A stretch of DNA of 37,581 bases, taken from contig CALRIB010000001.1 in assembly GCA_943359705.1 (NCBI GenBank), positions 1 through 37,581 on the forward strand, written 5' to 3'. Every line of letters starts with the position of its first letter. The stretch's first letter is position 1. The position numbers and the translations under genes were made by a program. A model generated the notes under the pieces. The model saw only the letters and a program-made list of their open reading frames with translations, did no database searches and was not told the DNA's origin. Below, piece after piece: positions 33,235 through 37,581 of the stretch. Source of the DNA: Candidatus Nomurabacteria bacterium. Lineage in GTDB: Bacteria; Patescibacteriota; Minisyncoccia; Phycocordibacterales; UBA2100.

Positions 33235-34497
33235 TTAGCCGAGAGAGGAAAAGAGATGCTCAGCAATGCGGTCGGCGGGAAGGGTCATCTCGGCGCCTGT
33301 CGCCAGGTTCTTCACACTGTATTTGCCGCTCTCCCGCTCTTTGCCGCCCACCGCAATGACGAACGGTATTTTCATTTTGTCGGCATCGCGTATCTGATCG
33401 CCCACGCGTTTTCCTGAGAAGTTTACGGACACAGTTACATCTTCGCGCCGGAGGTCTTGCGCGAGCTTGATGGCAAGACTCGTCGCGTCTTTTTCAACGA
33501 TGGCTATCATCAACTCTGCCGCGGGGGCATATGCGGGCATGAGATTGTGCGTTTCCAAAAAGTGTCGCGCGGTCACGTCGCCCATACCGAATCCGACTGC
33601 AGGAATGGGAGCGCCGCCGAAAAGCGAGAGAAGGTTGTCGTAGCGTCCGCCTCCGAACATCGAACGGCGGTTGGCCTCGTCTGTGTCGAAAACCTCGAAG
33701 ACCATTCCCGTGTAGTAATCGAAGCCACGGGTGATCTTTGTGTCCACTATCATATTGTGCACGCCCATATACTCGAGCTGGCGGCGTAGTTCTTCGAGGT
33801 ACGCCGTCGAGGTAGTACGGTCGAGCTCTTCCAAAAGCGCGGCCGTTTTCTTTTCATCTTTAAGAAGCGCACCGAGCTCCTTATCGAAGTTCTCAAGTTT
33901 CGCGCGGCGGTCGAGGAGGCGGGTTGTCTCTGCTCGCATCCCGTCCTCAACGCCGACCGAGTCGTATATCGTGTTGAGGATGCGACGGTCGGATACGCGA
34001 ATCTCGAAATCGCGTTCTTCCGCGCCGAGGCTTCGGAGAATGCCGTGCGCAATCGCGATTATCTCGGCGTCGGCCTCCACGCCGGCCACGCCCACGATGT
34101 CAGCGTTGAGCTGCCAGTGCTCGCGCAGGCGTCCGCGCTGCGGGCGCTCATAGCGGAAGAGATTGGGCACTGAATACCAGCGCGCGGGGAATGGAATCTC
34201 GCGCACGCGCCCGGCTATCATACGCGCGAGCGTCGGCGTCATTTCGGGGCGAAGCGTCACTTCGCGTTCGCCGCGGTCGGTAAAGGTGTAGGTCTGTTCG
34301 TTGACTATTTCTTCGGAAGTCTTGCCTCGGTAGAGTTCGGAAGATTCGAGCATCGAGGCGCTGTATTCTTCGTAGCCGAAGAGTTCACATATGCGCTCCA
34401 TATGCTCGAAGAGGTAGCGCTGGATAAACTGGTCTTCCGGGTAGAAATCACGCACGCCCTTGTACGGTTCCGTCGATAGCTTTTCGCGCTTTGTCAT
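33235..34497 (-). CDS. hisS: Histidine--tRNA ligase
   Basis: KGVRDFYP, LRPEMTPTLAR, FRYERPQRGRLREHWQ, RGFDYYTG, GGGRYDNL, AVGFGMG. Confidence 0.98.
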   Translation of the reverse strand: MTKREKLSTEPYKGVRDFYPEDQFIQRYLFEHMERICELFGYEEYSASMLESSELYRGKTSEEIVNEQTYTFTDRGEREVTLRPEMTPTLARMIAGRVREIPFPARWYSVPNLFRYERPQRGRLREHWQLNADIVGVAGVEADAEIIAIAHGILRSLGAEERDFEIRVSDRRILNTIYDSVGVEDGMRAETTRLLDRRAKLENFDKELGALLKDEKKTAALLEELDRTTSTAYLEELRRQLEYMGVHNMIVDTKITRGFDYYTGMVFEVFDTDEANRRSMFGGGRYDNLLSLFGGAPIPAVGFGMGDVTARHFLETHNLMPAYAPAAELMIAIVEKDATSLAIKLAQDLRREDVTVSVNFSGKRVGDQIRDADKMKIPFVIAVGGKERESGKYSVKNLATGAEMTLPADRIAEHLFSSLG

Positions 34498-34520
34498 TCC
34501 ACGTATTATACTCACGACCT

Positions 34521-34949
34521 ATGGAAACGACAGCTCTCCCTGTGTTCGTTGGCAAGTCGCGCAAAGGGCTGGGGAAAGGGCTTTTTGCGGCACGAAGCAT
34601 TGAGAAGGGAGAGTACATCGCCGAATACACGGGCACACATATTCCCACACCGTATGCCGACACACTGAAGACGCGGTACCTTTTTGAAATAGACGCGAAG
34701 TGGACGATAGACGGCTCCTCGTCCGACAACGTCGCGCGCTATATCAATCACGCCTGCATGCCGAATTGCGAAGCTCAGATTGAAAGCGGGCGCGTCCACA
34801 TCTTTGCACTGCGCGATATATTCGCGGGCGAAGAGTTTACCATCGATTACGGCGACGAATATTTTGACGAGTTCATCCGCCCGGTCGGATGTAAGTGCGA
34901 CGCGTGCATATTGGCAACGCCGCCGTCTGCGGTATACTCGAGGATATGA
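34521..34949 (+). CDS. SET domain-containing protein (putative lysine methyltransferase) with post-SET Cys motif
   Basis: GKGLFAAR, IAEYTG, ARYINHACMPNC, GEEFTIDY, CKCDAC. Confidence 0.93.
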   Translation: METTALPVFVGKSRKGLGKGLFAARSIEKGEYIAEYTGTHIPTPYADTLKTRYLFEIDAKWTIDGSSSDNVARYINHACMPNCEAQIESGRVHIFALRDIFAGEEFTIDYGDEYFDEFIRPVGCKCDACILATPPSAVYSRI

Positions 34950-35323
34950 AGAAGGGAGCCGTCATATTTTGGGTCATTATTCTCCTCCTCGTCGTAGCGG
35001 GCGCAGGCGCGGCCGTTTTCGTAAAGAGCGGGCCGGGTAATCTCGACTCCTTTACGCAGTGCATCAAGGATAGCGGCGTCACCTTTTACGGTGCCTTCTG
35101 GTGCCCGCATTGCCAGCGCACCAAGGCGATGTTCGGCAGCTCTGCGCACCTCTTGCCGTACGTTGAATGTTCGACCCCCGACGGCAAGAGTCAGACACCG
35201 ATTTGCAAAGACAAACAGATTCAGAGTTATCCTACGTGGATGAAGCCCGACGGCTCGAGCATCACCGGTGAGCACACGCTGCAAGAACTGGCCACCTTCA
35301 CCAGCTGCCAACTTCCGCAATAG
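34946..35323 (+). CDS. Membrane-anchored thioredoxin-fold protein (CPHC)
   Basis: N-terminal TM, FYGAFWCPHC, YVEC, IQSYPTW, similar to the Trx domain of cyanobacterial VKOR fusions. Confidence 0.88.
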   Translation: MKKGAVIFWVIILLLVVAGAGAAVFVKSGPGNLDSFTQCIKDSGVTFYGAFWCPHCQRTKAMFGSSAHLLPYVECSTPDGKSQTPICKDKQIQSYPTWMKPDGSSITGEHTLQELATFTSCQLPQ

Positions 35324-35326
35324 GGC

Positions 35327-35866
35327 ATGTACCCCGTAGAGACCATCAATTACTGGCTTTCCGTCGGCGTCGTGCTGATGCAAATCGCCACACTAGCGCT
35401 CCTCGCGCTTTTTCTTTTGCAAAAAAAGATTCCCGACCTGCAGAGTCAGGCGGATTTCATCGGGCGATGGGGTTTGTGGCTCGGATTCTTAGTCACGCTG
35501 GCCGGTTCGGCTATCGCTTTCTTCTACTCAGACGTCTTAGGTTTCGCCGCGTGTTGGCATTGCTGGGTACAACGGGTATTCTTTTGCCCGCAAGTGATTT
35601 TGTTTGCGGTCGCGCTTTGGTACAAGGACAAAAGTGTCGCGAATTACTCCATCGTGCTCTCGATATTCGGGGCTATCGATGCGCTCTATCAACACTACCT
35701 CCAGATGGGCGGTTCAAGCCCGCTCCCGTGTCCCGCGGTTCCGGGTGCCGCGGATTGCGCACAACGATTCCTCTTTGAGTTCGGCTACATTACATTCCCG
35801 CTGATGGCATTCTCACTTTTCGCCTTCCTTATCGTGCTCATGCTCTTTGCCCGACGTTCGCGCTAG
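35327..35866 (+). CDS. dsbB: Disulfide bond formation protein B (DsbB/BdbC family)
   Basis: YSDVLGFAACWHCWVQR, YQHYLQ, second Cys pair PC...DC, FGYITFPLMA. Confidence 0.88.
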   Translation: MYPVETINYWLSVGVVLMQIATLALLALFLLQKKIPDLQSQADFIGRWGLWLGFLVTLAGSAIAFFYSDVLGFAACWHCWVQRVFFCPQVILFAVALWYKDKSVANYSIVLSIFGAIDALYQHYLQMGGSSPLPCPAVPGAADCAQRFLFEFGYITFPLMAFSLFAFLIVLMLFARRSR

Positions 35867-35910
35867 TACCTCATCGCGATAAAAAGTGGGTGTTGTATGC
35901 TTTTGGACAT

Positions 35911-37581
35911 ATGAACACGTCGTGGGGTCTCGCGCCGCGAGTCGCGCCATTTGTGGCGATGCTCCTATTCGTCGTTAGTGTTGGCGTGGCGCTTGCTGAT
36001 CAGAACGGGGCGCCGGGCGGTCCCGGCGGTGGGGGAGCTTCGCTTACTCTGGATTCGTTCCCCACGGTCAACATCGCGAACGCGAGTGCCGTTACTCTGT
36101 CCGGTACATGTTCGACCAACGGCACCGACGTCTCCGTATCGGTAAGCGCGATCTCGGGGACGTCTCCCTGTGCTTCAAATGTGTGGAGCGTGACACTCGA
36201 TCTCAGTTCGCTTTCCGACGGTACGCTCACGGCGACCGCGACGCACGATATCGCGTCTGCGACGTTGAACGCGCCCAAAGACACCGACGACCCCAACCTC
36301 CATACCTATGCCAACGTGCCCTCTCCCACAAAAGACACAACACCGAATTACACTTTCTTTAGTACTGAAGCCGGAACCATCACCTTGTTCGGTGATTGCA
36401 GCAGCGCCGACACGGTAGCTCAAGACAACGACAACACCACCATCACGTTCAACACGCTGTCGGAGGGAAAGCACTCGAACTGTTCGATACGGGTCACGGA
36501 TGCCGCGGGGAACTTGAGTGACGCGGGCGGCGTGCTCAACATCAAAGCGTTCGTTATCGATGCGACGCCGCCCGTGGGCACCGTCACACTCTCCGCACCC
36601 GGACCATTCAAGAGTGGGGACTCGGTCACCGTTAATGCGGTATTCAACGAGGACGTTGGAGCCAGTGCTGGCGGCGTTGACCCCTCGCTCAGCATTTCCG
36701 GTGTTGCGACGCTCGCGTCTACGACCATGACCCAGACCTCCCTGGCCGATCCCAGGACGTATGCTTATCTTTATACGGTCGGCTCCGGCGACGGGACGGC
36801 GAACGTGCTCGTGGGAGGCGCGAACGATCTGGCTCTCAATGAAATGGCTCCGCAGGCCGTTTCGTTCACTGTCGACAACACCGCTCCGGTGATCACTATT
36901 ACGAACCCATCAACGATTCCCGCACAAACGAAGACGTTTACCGCATCGGCTTCGGACGGCACATTTGAACAGAGTGTCACGACCGGCGCTACCTGCGACG
37001 GTACGCTCACGTTCTCGTCGTACTCCTCGACCGCCTTCACGTCCGAATCTGATAACGGCAAAAAGATCTGCTATCGCTCGACCGACACCGCTGGCAATGT
37101 TTCGTATTCGCTTTCGAGTACGATAGCGGGCATCGATACAACGGCGCCCACGCTCGCTGAGATCAATCCCGTCGTGACCCCAGAAAATGACACCACTCCG
37201 GATTACACGTTCAGTTCGACGGAAGCCGGCACGATCGCGTACGCCGGTGACTGCTCAAGCACGACGACTGCGGCGGCAAGTGGGAACAACACCATAACGT
37301 TCGCAACGCTCAGCGAGGCAACTCATTCGAATTGCACCGTCAAAGTGACTGATGCGGCAGGCAATCAAAGCTCCGCGCTCGCTGTCCACTCATTCATCGT
37401 CGATACGACCGCTCCGGTCATCACGCTCAGTGGTCTTGCAACGATGGGAATTGCTGTCGGTGGTTCATATGTGGAGCCGGGGGCGAGTGCTTCCGATGCA
37501 GTAGACGGGAGCGACACAGTCGTCATCGCGGGCTCGGTCAACAACACTTCTCCCGGTTCATACCAGCTTACCTACAATGCG
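35911..37581 (+). CDS. Large secreted Ig-like repeat surface protein, 3'-truncated by the window edge (absent from the ORF track)
   Basis: Frame open from ATG 35911 to the end: signal peptide ...VVSVGVALA, repeated TDAAGN...DTTAP junctions, and a terminal APVITLSG...YVEPGASASDAVDG Ig module. Confidence 0.92.
   Translation, partial: MNTSWGLAPRVAPFVAMLLFVVSVGVALADQNGAPGGPGGGGASLTLDSFPTVNIANASAVTLSGTCSTNGTDVSVSVSAISGTSPCASNVWSVTLDLSSLSDGTLTATATHDIASATLNAPKDTDDPNLHTYANVPSPTKDTTPNYTFFSTEAGTITLFGDCSSADTVAQDNDNTTITFNTLSEGKHSNCSIRVTDAAGNLSDAGGVLNIKAFVIDATPPVGTVTLSAPGPFKSGDSVTVNAVFNEDVGASAGGVDPSLSISGVATLASTTMTQTSLADPRTYAYLYTVGSGDGTANVLVGGANDLALNEMAPQAVSFTVDNTAPVITITNPSTIPAQTKTFTASASDGTFEQSVTTGATCDGTLTFSSYSSTAFTSESDNGKKICYRSTDTAGNVSYSLSSTIAGIDTTAPTLAEINPVVTPENDTTPDYTFSSTEAGTIAYAGDCSSTTTAAASGNNTITFATLSEATHSNCTVKVTDAAGNQSSALAVHSFIVDTTAPVITLSGLATMGIAVGGSYVEPGASASDAVDGSDTVVIAGSVNNTSPGSYQLTYNA

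Noticed and set aside
35951..37547. Short ORFs listed in the last 1.6 kb
   Set aside because: All lie within the long plus-strand Ig-repeat frame starting at 35911, which the track missed because it has no stop in the window.

Overview
Compact bacterial chromosomal segment that looks like Patescibacteria/CPR (Parcubacteria-like). This is inferred from gene content and short intergenic spacers, not from a database hit. Housekeeping genes: mutY-like, rnj, secG, groES/groEL, lemA, htpX, class II ribonucleotide reductase with ATP-cone, murJ, lepA, hisS, RNase P RNA and four tRNAs (Ser-GGA, Gly-CCC, Arg-CCT, Phe-GAA). Accessory genes: a Cys/Pro/Thr-rich secreted protein, a SleB-like wall hydrolase, an O-antigen-ligase/TPR protein, a SET-domain protein, a thioredoxin/DsbB pair and a large Ig-repeat protein running off the right edge. 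No transposase, integrase, prophage or CRISPR array is visible. The most striking unexplained structures are: (i) two unrelated small regulator-like genes (TrpR/YerC-like and PaaX/Cas2-like), each bracketed by two copies of its own dyad-symmetric sequence, one over the start codon and one just past the stop codon; (ii) a 161-bp unit behind tRNA-Phe with an exact 20-bp duplication of the tRNA 3' end and an internal segment antisense to the T-arm; (iii) TAnnnT -10 boxes 6-7 nt upstream of many start codons, suggesting widespread leaderless mRNAs; (iv) a 20-bp palindrome present both within the mutY coding region and in an intergenic region.
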